A DNA stretch of 64,000 nt, taken from positions 367,722,001-367,786,000 of the forward strand of contig OZ024741.1 in assembly GCA_964016885.1 (NCBI GenBank). The letters run 5' to 3'. This document shows, one piece after another, positions 50,601-62,600 of the stretch; positions within the stretch are counted from its first letter, which is position 1; each line of letters starts with the position of its first letter. The notes beneath the pieces were generated by a model. The model saw only the letters and a list, made by a program, of their open reading frames with translations, had not been told where the DNA came from and searched no databases. Made by a program: the position numbers and the translations under genes. The stretch is from Eledone cirrhosa. Its lineage: Eukaryota.

Positions 50601-51400
50601 GTAAAACCTATCCTTAAGTTCGTCTGGCAGCCCCGATTGGGGTGCGTAAGCTGATATTATTGTGGTAATTGTCTTATTCAGGACTAGTCTGAGTTTAATG
50701 ATTCTTGCATTTACCCTGTACACTGAGATTACTTTATCTACCCACTTGTCAGCTAGTAGTATACCTACACCACCCATCCCATCGTCATTTCCCACCCAGA
50801 AAAATTTGTAGCACTGGCTTTTTCCTACAAGGACTCTAGCAGACCCTCCTCTCCATCTAGTCTCTTGCACACAGCATACATCAACTTCCTTTCGCTCTAG
50901 CATTTCTACGATTTCTCCTGCTCTTCCTTTCATTGAGCCTACATTGATGGTACCAACTCGGAGTTTTGGGCATTTGTCGACACTCGTAGGGGAGGGTCTC
51001 TGGGTTGGCGCTTCACGTGGGTGCTTGGTAGCTCGCAGATTCATATTTCATCTATTGATTCAGAGTTGCTCAAATGTATTCTCAGCTCATCCATCCATAA
51101 CGGTGGGAAAATTGAGGGCTAGAAGAACAGTGGTGGTGGGGTAATGGCAGGGTGTGTTGGGATGCGCCAGAGGAGGAGAGAGTTAGTTAGGCAGGTAGTA
51201 GCAGCAGCAGTGGAAATGGCATGCTAGGTTTGATTGGTCGAATAGACTATGGTGGTGTGTGTGGGGGTGGAGGGGAGGGAACTTGTGAGGTAGGAAGTGA
51301 GGGTCGCATGGTAAATAACTGAGAGAGATACAATAGAATTAGAATACCGCATGGTAAATATCCAAGTTAATACTACATCAGTAAAATTAACAATAATAAC
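47621..51400 (-). mobile_element. Near full-length RTE LINE
   Basis: Intact ORF, 3'UTR and (GAT)n tail at 47621-47640. The 5' boundary is approximate. Confidence 0.9.
47925..51044 (-). CDS. RTE LINE ORF, 1039 aa: AP endonuclease + reverse transcriptase + PHD-like Cys cluster
   Basis: INVGSM, CVQETRW, AYAPQ, GDFNGHVG, LDFIL, FVDLEKAFDRV, HQGSVLSPLLF, YADD, CSVC..C.KC..WVHKRC..CSSC; no stops. Confidence 0.93.
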   Translation of the reverse strand: MNLRATKHPREAPTQRPSPTSVDKCPKLRVGTINVGSMKGRAGEIVEMLERKEVDVCCVQETRWRGGSARVLVGKSQCYKFFWVGNDDGMGGVGILLADKWVDKVISVYRVNARIIKLRLVLNKTITTIISAYAPQSGLPDELKDRFYESLIHTTALTDDKDFLIIAGDFNGHVGKHCDGFNRVHGGHGVGTRNEEGFRLLEFCDANDMSICNTNFKKPDNHLITYRSGEHSSQLDFILIRGRDRWTVVNTKAFPSEECTSQHSLVVSDLTVRTRRALKQRPTWRRKIWKLKVPSTSNRFKDILLNAYDSKEEQIETFNVEENWELLKNNLLEATDEVCGWSKTSRRRRVTWWWNNKVDEAVKAKRQAWKEWKNGGSRVHYIETKREARRQVYLARREAEDRKFKHVLQREDQKQEVFKIARQCVRDSCDVIGEKCIRNDKGELALTSAEKKDAWKSHYDRLLNEENAWEEETLPHVDPIEGPAVQVSGSVVSKAIRDMKIGKATGPSGIAAEMLKASGSVGHTITTRIVNQVILEGAIPKDWCSSFIVNCYKGKGDALDRGNYRGIKLMDQVMKVTERVIAQLIRDRVNIDEMQFGFVPGKGTTDALFLVRQLQEKYLAKSKPLYLAFVDLEKAFDRVPRAVIWWALRKLGVDEWLVKAVQAMYRGAVSKVRISNEYSEEFSVQVGVHQGSVLSPLLFIIVLQAITEEFKTGCPWELLYADDLALIAESMVELENKFQTWKQGLERKGFKVNMTKTKVLISRRENRTQIPSGKWPCSVCRKGVGRNSILCPKCKQWVHKRCSGISGSLIKNVGFTCSSCAEAASKQPQETSTTNLWEGPVETVDSFCYLGDRISNGGGCSESTITRVRTGWKKFRELLPLLAAKGFSLRMKGRLYDACIRTAMLHGSETWALKVEDLRRLERNEACMLQWMCNSNIRERQSIKELRERLSIGGIKCCVQERRLRWYGHVMRMKDDSCIKRCRALEVDGNRGVGRPKMTWDEVIKADLTQLHLSKSMTHDRDFWRHAVIQGTRPPMGTC

Positions 51401-51703
51401 GTCATGAAAACTACTAAGAAAAATCCTCGAAAATTTATCGCTAATACAGCAGGGAACATCATTAATCATTAATATTAACAACAATATGTAGGCTAAAATA
51501 CCTTCGTTCGTAGATTAGTAAGGATGGATGGCTAGAAAAATTGGAATCAACTCTAGTGATACATTTTAGAATCAACATTTTGGAATCAACTCTAGTGATA
51601 CATTTTAGCAGAGAAGAATGGGTGTATTTTAATGTGTATATTTTAATTATCTAAAAATTATTTTTAAGTGAACGTGACTCAGTGCATCACGGGTCGTCTA
51701 GTA

Positions 51704-51740
<37 letters not shown>

Positions 51741-51808
51741 CCATGTAACATTTAGTTCTGCGTTTGTTTTTTGTTTTCTTTTTTTTTTGTTATTTCAAAT
51801 AATATATA

Positions 51809-51849
<41 letters not shown>

Positions 51850-51850
51850 T

Positions 51851-51882
<32 letters not shown>

Positions 51883-51896
51883 TATATATATATATT

Positions 51897-51927
<31 letters not shown>

Positions 51928-51958
51928 TTATATATATATATATATATTTATATATATT

Positions 51959-51989
<31 letters not shown>

Positions 51990-52000
51990 TTATATATATA

Positions 52001-52055
<55 letters not shown>

Positions 52056-52066
52056 ATTTATATATT

Positions 52067-52097
<31 letters not shown>

Positions 52098-52228
52098 ATT
52101 AGTATGTACACGTACATACATATATGTATACAGACATACAGTAGTATGTATATATATATACATACATGCACACATATATATATGTACGTATGGATTCACT
52201 GAACATTTATTATAATACTCGGTGTGTT

Positions 52229-52330
<102 letters not shown>

Positions 52331-53217
52331 CAGGGTGCGGACGATATTTGTTTGCAAGATTACTGTCTAGGAAAAAATAACACAGTACTTTTATTTTTTA
52401 AGATTTATTTATCAAACTTGGGTCAGTTTGTCTTCATGACTTGTTCTTTCGATCTCACTCGATAAACCCGCCATTGGCTTTGATGACGGCCTCGAGGCGG
52501 CCTCGGAACCGGCTACAGGCCTTCGTCATTGTCCCCCGACTTAGGCTCCTAAAGGCACTTGTGATCCTGGCCTTCAGATCGTCTTTCGTATTGCAGCTAA
52601 ATCTGTTGGTGTCTCGTTCCACTGCGCCCTATACAAAGAAGTCAAGGGGGTTGCAGTCAGGTGAGCTGGGAGGCGAGATGTCAGGTGAAGTGTGGTCAAC
52701 GAAGTTCTCTGACAGCCAGGCTTGGGTCTTTCGGCTGGTATAGCAGGGCGCTGAGTCTTGCTGCGACAGATACGGCCTACCTGCAGCTACCTGGTCGATC
52801 CAGGGCTTTACTACCTCGCTCAGAACGCGGATGTAGCCATCGGTGTTCAGCTTGAAGCCCTCGGGGAAGAAGTGAGGTGGCGTGACGTCACCTTGACTGC
52901 TGACGACACCTAAGACCAATGTTGTCGCTGGAAACTTTGTCTGCATGACTCTGGGCACGTCTTTGGATGAGACAGCAAGCCACCTGTTGTTCTGGGAGTT
53001 GATCTTCTGGTCTTATTTGTCCTCCCGGCGCGGATTCCAAGAAGAACTCCGTGTCTCTTCCACAAATTTGGAGGTTCAAAATTATTCATAATCAATTATT
53101 CTGAAAATAAATAATGGAAATATAGTCACTGTTTTTATGAAGACGAGTGACAATGGAAGTAAAAAAAATTTGAATAAAACTAGCAGTTGAAAATTGCGAA
53201 CAAATATCGTCCGCACC

Positions 53218-53220
<3 letters not shown>
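52331..53220 (-). mobile_element. Internally deleted DD37D (maT) transposon
   Basis: Perfect 22-bp TIR CAGGGTGCGGACGATATTTGTT in (TA)n. In QQDSAP...SPDCNPLDF there are 37 residues between the two catalytic D's. Confidence 0.92.
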
Positions 53221-53304
<84 letters not shown>

Positions 53305-53497
53305 GATATACATATAGATATATAGATATAGATATATATATATAGATATATATATATCAAAAGATATTGAGTTAAAAACTCACAATAGTCCCTTATAATT
53401 AAAATACATCAAGAGAAAAAAAATTTTCCGACCCTTATAATATAATATAATAAAGAGAGACAAATACAGATATATATCTGTATTTGTCTCTCTTTAT

Positions 53498-53565
<68 letters not shown>

Positions 53566-53930
53566 CATAATAGATTCTTTTCAAACGAGAAAACAGACAA
53601 ATATAGGTGAAGAAAGAATTATTCAGCTCAAAATATGAGATTAATCTCAATAAACTATTCAGAAGGCTAAATACAATTCAGTTTGAGTTGTATGAACTCC
53701 TTGATTGAAGATGTTTAAATAACAATATTAACTCATAGAGCAAATATTACAATAATATACATAAGACCAAAATGGTTAATTATATTAGATTTTAATAAAT
53801 TATTGTTGATGTTTTTGATTATATAGACTTGTGATCAAAGATATTCCTGCCATGACCATTCTGCCATTTTAGGAGTATATGATACAATGTACCTCTCTCA
53901 GCAGTGGGGTCAATGGCTCAGCCTAACATA

Positions 53931-54841
53931 CAAGGTGGTATCTAAATGCTTCCAGACTAGTTCTGTAGCATGCCAACAGATGGCAACACATGGTTGCATG
54001 TGCAGTGAGAGCTAGCAGTGACCATCATGCGCCAGTGTGATGAGTGACATTGTTGTGTTCACTTCACAAGTAGTAAAATTTGTGTTTTTGTGATCACGTA
54101 TAAGCTGTAGCCTGCGATTTTGTCATGAACAGGAAGTTGGAACAAAGAGTCAACATAAAATTTTGCATTCAACTTAGGAAGTCTGCTACAGAGACATTGA
54201 GCATGCTTTGATAAGCTTACAACGATAAGCAATGGGTCGTACACAATGTTTCGAGTGGCACAGGTGCTTCAAAAGTGGAAGAACATCCTGGTAGATGACA
54301 AATGATCTAGAAGACCTGCCAGGAGCGTCAGCCCTGGAAATTAATCAGCTTGTGTGTGAGGATCGCTAGAGGACAATCAATGATATTACTAATATTTTGA
54401 GGAATATGATGGAGAACATTCGGTGAATGTGACCGGATCTGTGGAGCGCGAAGTATTGGATTCTTCATGATGACACATCACCCTGTCACCGAGCTCTCCT
54501 CACTCATGAGTTTCTCACCAAAAACAACATTGTATCACTTCTTCGCCTGCCCTATTTGATAGATATAGCAACTGTGGACTTCCATCTCTTCTCCAAGCTG
54601 AAAATGCAGCTCAAAGTTCGCCGGTTTAACACCAATGCCAAAATCCAGAGTGAATTGCTGAAGGTCCTCGACTCGCTTATGGAAAACAACTTCCATGCCA
54701 AATTCCAAAAGTGACAGAAATGCTGGGGCTAGTGTATTGTTGCGCAAGGTGACTATTTCAAAGAAGATGATGTTTAAACTCAGGTAAATATACTAGTTTT
54801 TATAAACATAACTAGTCCAAGAATTTTGTATTACCACCTCG
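53931..54841 (+). mobile_element. Degenerate mariner (probably DD34D) element
   Basis: TA flanks and imperfect TIRs C(A/G)AGGTGGTA...GACTAGT. Remnants LEQRVNIKFC..KSATET, WILHDD..PCH and DIATVDFHLFSKLK. Confidence 0.8.
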
Positions 54842-54917
54842 TATATTTGTATGCAAGCATGTGTGTGTGAGTATATTTATATATACACACACACAAATAA
54901 ACACACACACACACATG

Positions 54918-55013
<96 letters not shown>

Positions 55014-55888
55014 CAGTCGATCGACTTTCGTCTAATCAGACCGAGGAAACAATGTTTCCGTTGGTCTTTCCAATTGCTAATACTATCTATCGGTCGCAAC
55101 TCCAGGTAGAAAGTGTCTTGCTCAAGAACATAACGCATCGTGCGGTCCAGGAATCAAACTCACAACCTCACAAGCATGTTGTATCCTTGAGCAAGGCACT
55201 TTATTTCATGATGCTCCAGTTCACTCAGCTGGCAAAAAATTAGTTTTTCCTGTAATTTTTACCTGAGAACTAAGTTAAGGGTATGTATGTTTGTGGAATG
55301 CTAAGCCACCTGCTCATTAATTTCCTGAGTGGGCTGTTCTGTTGATTGTATCAAGTGGAACACTTTTCGTCATAACCAATGGAGTGTTAGTTACATACAT
55401 ATAATGTGTGTGTGTGTGTGTGCATGTGTATATGTGAGTCTATATGCATAAATACACTCACACACACATGCTTACATATGAAATTACAGACACCCACAAA
55501 CTCACATATGTGTATATATATATAACAAAGGAGTTGTGGTAAGGATCCAGATGGACCATAACGCACCAGAGTACTCAATACTTAGGGTAGTAGAGTGGGT
55601 AATAGGAAAATGTATGACCCCAACGGCAGAGCTCAAGCCGTTTCGATGGCTATTTCTGGACTGAAATAGCCGTCGAAACAATCACAGATATTTTTTATTT
55701 GTTTGACCCGAATTACGTTTTTTTTTGGCTATGCGGATGATTGTTTAACCATCGTCTCAGTGTGTTCGGCCTTTAACGTTTGTTATAGCTCTGGTTCATC
55801 TGAATCATTGAGCACTTGCCACACATCTCGGAGGTTGTTTTTTGTTATTTCGTGGGCCGAAATGTGATTCTCGATAATTTATATTTAT

Positions 55889-56818
55889 ATGTCAGTTAAC
55901 TCTTCCTCACGCTTCCACTCACTCACTCACTGTTTCTCCTCTTCTCACTTCACCCCGTTCGCGACAAAATCATTTTCTCTCTTTCTCACATTTGAATTCG
56001 CTCCTGAAAGGTCTTTTTTCTAAGCGCTCATATATTCACCTAGCTTATGCTAACAGAATAACTATGAAGCTTGTTCCCTTCCTTCTACGGTTAGCTATCC
56101 TCTTTGTTGTTATCTTGTTTCACTCGCTTTACGCGTTTTAATTGTCCTAATAACTTAATTTAGTTATTATTGCACCGACGTGAGGTATATGATTTTTAAT
56201 GCAATGAAATATCTATGATCGTCGGCAAATCACTGATGAGGGACTTATTTTATTACATGTTATCCATGTGCAACCAGCAGTATTCTTCTCCCCATTTTTT
56301 CACATATATTTACCCAAACTGCGATTCTGTTTTTTTCTCTCTCTCTCTCTTACTGCTCCCTCGCTCTCTCTGTTTCTCCTACTTTCTTTCGCCCCCTCTG
56401 TCATGTCAGTTAACTCTTCCTCACACTTCCACTCACTCACTCACTGTTTCTCCTCTTCTCACTTCACCCCGTTCGCGACAAAATCATTTTCTCTCTTTCT
56501 CACATTTGAATTCGCTCCTGAAAGGTCTTTTTTCTAAGCGCTCATATATTCACCTAGCTTATGCTAACAGAATAACTATGAAGCTTGTTCCCTTCCTTCT
56601 ACGGTTAGCTATCCTCTTTGTTGGTATCTTGTTTCACTCGCTTTACGCGTTTTAATTGTCCTAATAACTTAATTTAGTTATTATTGCACCGACGTGAGGT
56701 ATATGATTTTTAATGCAATGAAATATCTATGATCGTCGGCAAATCACTGATGAGGGACTTATTTTATTACATGTTATCCATGTGCAACCAGCAGTATTCT
56801 TCTACCCATTTTTTCATA
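55889..56818. repeat. Recent tandem duplication, period 514 bp
   Basis: 55889-56305 is almost identical to 56403-56818. Confidence 0.9.
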
Positions 56819-56840
56819 TATATATATATATATATATACA

Positions 56841-57371
56841 TGGTGGCTGCCAACTCGTTTTCGTGTACAGCCACTACTTTATATCCATGTAGGAGAACCC
56901 CTACCGATGCGCTGAACGAGTGTGACATTAGTCCAGCCAGCGACTTGAAAACTCTGGTACAAACACTACATTTATGACAATTATTGACACATACTGCTGG
57001 GCCCATGGTACCATGTGACGACAAGTGCAGAGAGATCTCCAGATATAAAGCAATGCCTGTGCCGTGAAGCTTTTATAGTGAGCAAAGGCAGTGCACAAAG
57101 TTGCAGGTGTTATATCAGAGTTTTCCTTCTCCTAGAATTCTGCCTTGACAAAGGCTAAGGGGTCATCTCTCCCGGTGATTTTGGATGGCCATTGACTCTT
57201 AAGAGCTCCTTTGCCATTTGACAGGTTTTGTTTTTAGTCCTGCAGGATGTCCAAAGTCACCCTCCTCACCAAGAAACCTTGGTGGGGTTGCCAGTTTAGT
57301 CGCCAACAACCCGACCATGAGACAGGTTGTACTGGGATATATGTTACCAGTAGCACCAACTGGTGACCTGA
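56841..57371 (-). mobile_element. 608-bp RTE-derived element, copy 4 (internal ~75-bp deletion)
   Basis: Same termini as the other copies; deletion junction GCACAAAG|TTGCAGG. Confidence 0.85.
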
Positions 57372-57845
57372 CATAAAATATACATATATATATATATATA
57401 TACACACATACATACATATATATATATCATCATCATCATTTCATTTTACGTTCGCTTTTTCCCTGCTTGCAAGGGTGGGACGGGAACTGATGCTGGCTTG
57501 ATTTCTACAGCTGGATGCCCTTCCTAACACCAACCTCATTTACAGTGAGTGCTGGGTGCTTTTTTGCCGTGGCACCTCCACGACCACTTTGCAGTGGAAT
57601 GATAGGGACCCCAGTCTCTATCATCTCATTTCTACAGCTGAGTAAACTGGAGCAATGTGAAAGGAAACAACACATCACCCAGTCTGAGAATTGAACTCAC
57701 AACCTTTCGATTGCAAGGCCAATGCTCTAACCACTAAGCCATGTGCCTCCATATATATGTATATATATATATTTATATATATATATATATGTGTGTGTAC
57801 ATATATATATGTATATACATATATATATATGTATATACATATATG

Positions 57846-57895
<50 letters not shown>

Positions 57896-58129
57896 TGTAT
57901 GTGTATATATATATATGTGTGTGTGTGTATACATATATGTATATATATATTTGTGTGTATGTTTGTATTTGTGTGTGTTTACTTTATGTTTAGTAGATAT
58001 TTTTTGTTTTTTCTTCTTGTGTTGTTATTTAATCTGTTCTGATTGATTTTTCTTCTCAATACAGAGTTAATCTCTTCTGTCATGACAGGACAGGAAGATA
58101 ACGTAGCAGACCCACCAACTGTTGCACTC

Positions 58130-58855
58130 AGCTACCAACAGCTGCACTCGCTCACCAAGAGATAGACTCACCAACTAACAGCTGCACTCCCTCACCAACA
58201 CCTCATCTATCAATAGCCATACTCACCAACTAACAGTCACACTCACCAACCAACAGCCACACTCACCAACCAACAGTATTACCAACCAACAGTATTACCA
58301 ACCAACAGTCACACTCACCAACTAACAGCCACACTCACTAACCAACAGTCACACTGAGCAACCAACAGTCACACTCACCAGCCAACAGTCACACTCACCA
58401 ACCAACAGTCACACTCACCAACTAACTGTCACACTGATCAACCAACAGCCACACTCACCAACCAACAGTCACACTCACCAACTAACAGCCACACTCACCA
58501 ACCAACAGTATTACCAACCAACAGTCACACTCACCAACCAACAGTCACACTCACCAACCAACAGTCACACTCACCAGCCAACAGTCACACTTACCAGCCA
58601 ACAGTCACACTTACCAACCAATAGCCACACTCATCAACCAACAATCACACTCACCAGCTAACAGCCACACTCACCAACCAACAGTCTCACTCACCAACCA
58701 ACAGCCACACTCACCAACCATCAATTACACTCACCAGCTAACAGCTACACTCACCAACCAACAGCTACATTCATAAACCATCAGTCACACTCACTAAACA
58801 AAACCACATTTACCAACCAACAACTACACTCACTAACCAACAGCTGCACTCACCT
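58130..58855. repeat. 20-bp minisatellite CACACTCACCAACCAACAG(T/C)
   Basis: About 30 imperfect units. Confidence 0.9.
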
Positions 58856-59684
58856 GAACCATTATACAAAATATTTGCTTTAAAATGCTTATATTTATCT
58901 AAAACTTTTCATCATAATTTATTGTAACAACTTTTATCAAGTTATCTTCCAAATACCAGCTTGAAAATAGTTTCTAGTTTATGCACAAGGCCAGCTATTT
59001 GAGAGGCAAGGAAAGTTGATTATATCAACTCTAGTACTTTGCTGGTACGAAAGAGAGACGCTACAACAGAAGTGAGGTAAAAAGAAAAAGAATCTATGGC
59101 GAAAGAGAAACAAAAAAGATGTAGTCTGTAGGAAAGCAAGTTGTGAGACCTGTGAATGGAATGTATGGAGAAGCATGGTTGGATTAGAGAGATAAAAAAA
59201 GGCCACATATTTGATGAATACAAATGAAAATAAAAATAGACCTACTCCTTATGAGACAAAGAGTGAATTAAAAGGGCTAAGAAGTTGCAGGGATGGCAAC
59301 AGGGGAATCAAAAGGATGAAAGGCAAATCCAACTTAGGTGGGATTTGAACTCAGAATGTAAAAAGTCATAACTAAATACTGCTAAGCATTTTGACTGATG
59401 CTCTACCAGTACTGCCAATCAATTTCCCTCACATCAACTTAATAATGAGAAAGTTAGATCTATATATTACTAAAATTCTGTGATTGCTTGCTTGCTTGCT
59501 TGTCTGTAATGTAATACAGCCCAAAGGGCGCATAATGGGAAAATACTTTGAAAGGAAGTTGACCCTGAAATGGAAATACAAATGGAATAAAACAAGTTTC
59601 ACGTAAATCGAAGCACGGGTTCCCGAGATATGGGGTTTTTCAGGGTACCTTCATAAACAGAGAGGGAGAGAGAGTAAGATAATT

Positions 59685-62600
59685 TTCTTTTTATTTGCCA
59701 CCAGGGCATCAAAAAGTGGGACAAGTACAATGGAGGGAGTTTACATGAAAAGGCGTCCTCAATAAGGAGGAGGCAATAACAAAGTATAAAAATAAAATAA
59801 AATATAACAAAATAAATTTTATGACAAAATCCTCAATAGGGAGGAGGCGCCTTGAGGGGTCGCACACACCCCCGAAAAAAAGTGTGCAACCCTTCTCCTC
59901 AGGAGCACAGAGAGGGGGTGCTCCCTTGATCTTTCATCTTCCTCACCTATAGTCTGATGTAGAGTGAAGGCCCATTCACACGGGCCATTCTCGCCACTTT
60001 CATCCATCTTTCATAAAAACGGCTGGGGTGCAGCACTTCTCTCTCCATCCTGATCCTTCTTCCGAAGTGATATTGGAAGAAACGGACCAGTTGTTGGCCA
60101 GAGAGAAAGGTGTCTGACCTCAGTCCTTTCAGACGCGTCCACCATACAACCTCTTTCGCCATGGCTATTACGCACAGAAACACCGCCTCTCCTTCGTTTT
60201 TGAAGAGGGGAGGCGGCTTGATCGTTACAATAGACTCGGTGGTCAACCGGATTGGTCCCACCCTTGACAGCAGTTGTTCGACATAGCCCCACAGATCGGC
60301 AATGCCCGAGCAGTGTACCAATGCGTGTGCAATGGTTTCTTCGTCGCACACGCATCTGGGACAGATCTTTTTCGAGGGGTCCCTACCCGGGCGCCCGTGT
60401 CTGTAGAGCGTTTCTCGAACGGGCAGAGCCCCTCGGTAGCACTGCCAGGCCAGGGACCTCTGGAAGTTATCCATGGGTCCCGGGCTGAATGTCCTACCGA
60501 ACAGGTTGGCCAGTTCATCTTCCTCCATGCCTAGGGCTTCTCCGAGGGCGTCGTCGCACCTGCTAACCACCAGCCCTCTATAGAATGACGAGGTGGATTC
60601 TCCACTGACAGCCGGGTCCGCCTACCAGAGAGCCGTGAGCGCCTGGGCACACTCGGTGTGCCAGGCGCCCAGTTTTCTCGGTCTTTGCTTGACCCAGGAT
60701 TGCAGCTCGGTGAGTGAGACGAGTCTGGGAAAGTCTCGCCTCACAAACGGGGCCCACGCCGGTTGACCGGTGAGGAATACCTGGAGGTGCCATAGCCTTA
60801 ATGCGTGTTTACGTATCATTAGCCACAGCATCCCCAGCCCTCCTTTCGAAGGGTGTTGACAGCAGATGGATCTCCTCACCATAGGAGCCTGCTTCTTCCA
60901 AAGGAATTGGAAGAGTGCGCGCTCCATTTTGGCGAGCGTTTCCCTTGGGCAAGGCACCACAGTCAGGCGGTAGTAGATGACAGACGCTATATAAGTGTTC
61001 GCAACCTCCGCCCAACCTTTCAGGGACAGTTTGCACTCGGCCCACTTCTGGGTGAGTGCAAACACTCTGTTCGTTACCCCACCCCAGTTCTTCTCCACCT
61101 GGAGGTCTGGTCCGAACCAGACCCCGAGCAACTTCACCGGGCCCTCCGTCCAGCGCCCTACGACGCCATCGGAGGGCATCGATATGCCCCTCCACATGCC
61201 GAGTTGCAGACCGATCGACTTGTCCCGGTTCAGTTAGCCCCTGTAAACCTTTCGTACTCCTCCAGTAAGGTGCCGATGCTCCCGATTTCCGAGGCCGTCG
61301 ACACCATTACTGTTACGTCATCGGCGTAGGCCGACACTGCTTTCCGCAATCTCGGTTCCAACAGGATGCCCTGCAACAACTTCAACTTCCGCAGCAGTGG
61401 CTCTAGAGTCATTACATACAGAAGGGAGGAGAGAGGGCACCCTTGTCGGATGGACCGCGCGATTTCGAACGGCTCCAAGAGGTAGCCGTTCACCTTGACC
61501 CTAGAGCAGATGTGGCTGCTGTGCATGGCATTGATCCAGCCCCTGAAAACGGGTCCGAAGCCTGCCACCGCTAGCACTGCATCCAGCTAACCATGGTCGA
61601 CCCTATCGAATGCCTTAGATTGATCCAAGTTGATCAGGGCCCCACCAAAGCCAGGTTCGTTCCCAACCCTCTCTATGATATATCGCATGAGGTGGGGGTT
61701 GTCGTGGATGGACCTGGATGGGATAGCACATGTCTGCGCATCTCCCACCAGGTTGCCCACGACAAGCGCCAACCTCTTTGCTAGCACCTTGGCCAAAATC
61801 TGTAACTCTGTATTTGGCAGAGTTATGGGCCTGAAATTATTTATATCGTCCCTCTTGTTCTCATCCTTCCTCACTCGCGTGACTACGCCCTTGGTTACAG
61901 CACAGGGAATTCGCCAGTTGCAGTAGACCGCCTCGAGGAGATCGGGGAACAAGTCCGGCATAGCTAGATATAGTTTGTATGGAAGACCATCGAGACCCGG
62001 GGATTTGCGTTTGCCGCATTGGCTCAGCACATCCTCTATCTCAGTGGCTGAAATCGGCTCCTCGCAGGACTTCGCCTCCCTGTCCGAGAGACGCGGCAGG
62101 CCGTCGAGGTATGGACCGAAGTCCACATCCCCAACCGGCTCCCTGCCCCTTCCGAACAATCTGGCAAAGTGCTTTTGAAAAGCCTCGCACATCTGCTTAG
62201 GTTCAAGGATCACCCGTCCATCCTGGTCTCGCAAAGACCGGATAGTGGATCTAATCCCTCTTTTGGCTTCTGTCACGCGGGCCCAGCTAACAGCTTTGGT
62301 CCCCTCGTTTCCCAGAGCACGTATTTTGCTTCGGACGATGCAGCCTTCGTGTTTCGTATCGAAGAACTGGCCCAGGGCCGTTCTCTATGCTAGCACTCTG
62401 GCCACGTCGCCGCTTCTAATTGCTTCTTCTACACTATCTACCAACTCCCTTTCCTTCCTATTTCTATTTGAGGCTAACTCCTTACTAAATTCTATAGAGG
62501 CTACTCTAATCTCTCTTTTGAGAGATCCCTACCACCTGCTGTTGACGATGGCGCCCGTCAACCGCTCCTTAACTAAAGTGCTAATCCAGTCCCTGTAAGC

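Noticed and set aside
56200-56250. CTGATGAG with an upstream GAAA (possible type II hammerhead), also at about 56715-56760
   Set aside because: Stems I, II and III do not pair convincingly.
58060-58170. Coding exon leading into the 20-bp repeat
   Set aside because: The frame closes after 27 codons and the repeat period is not a multiple of three.
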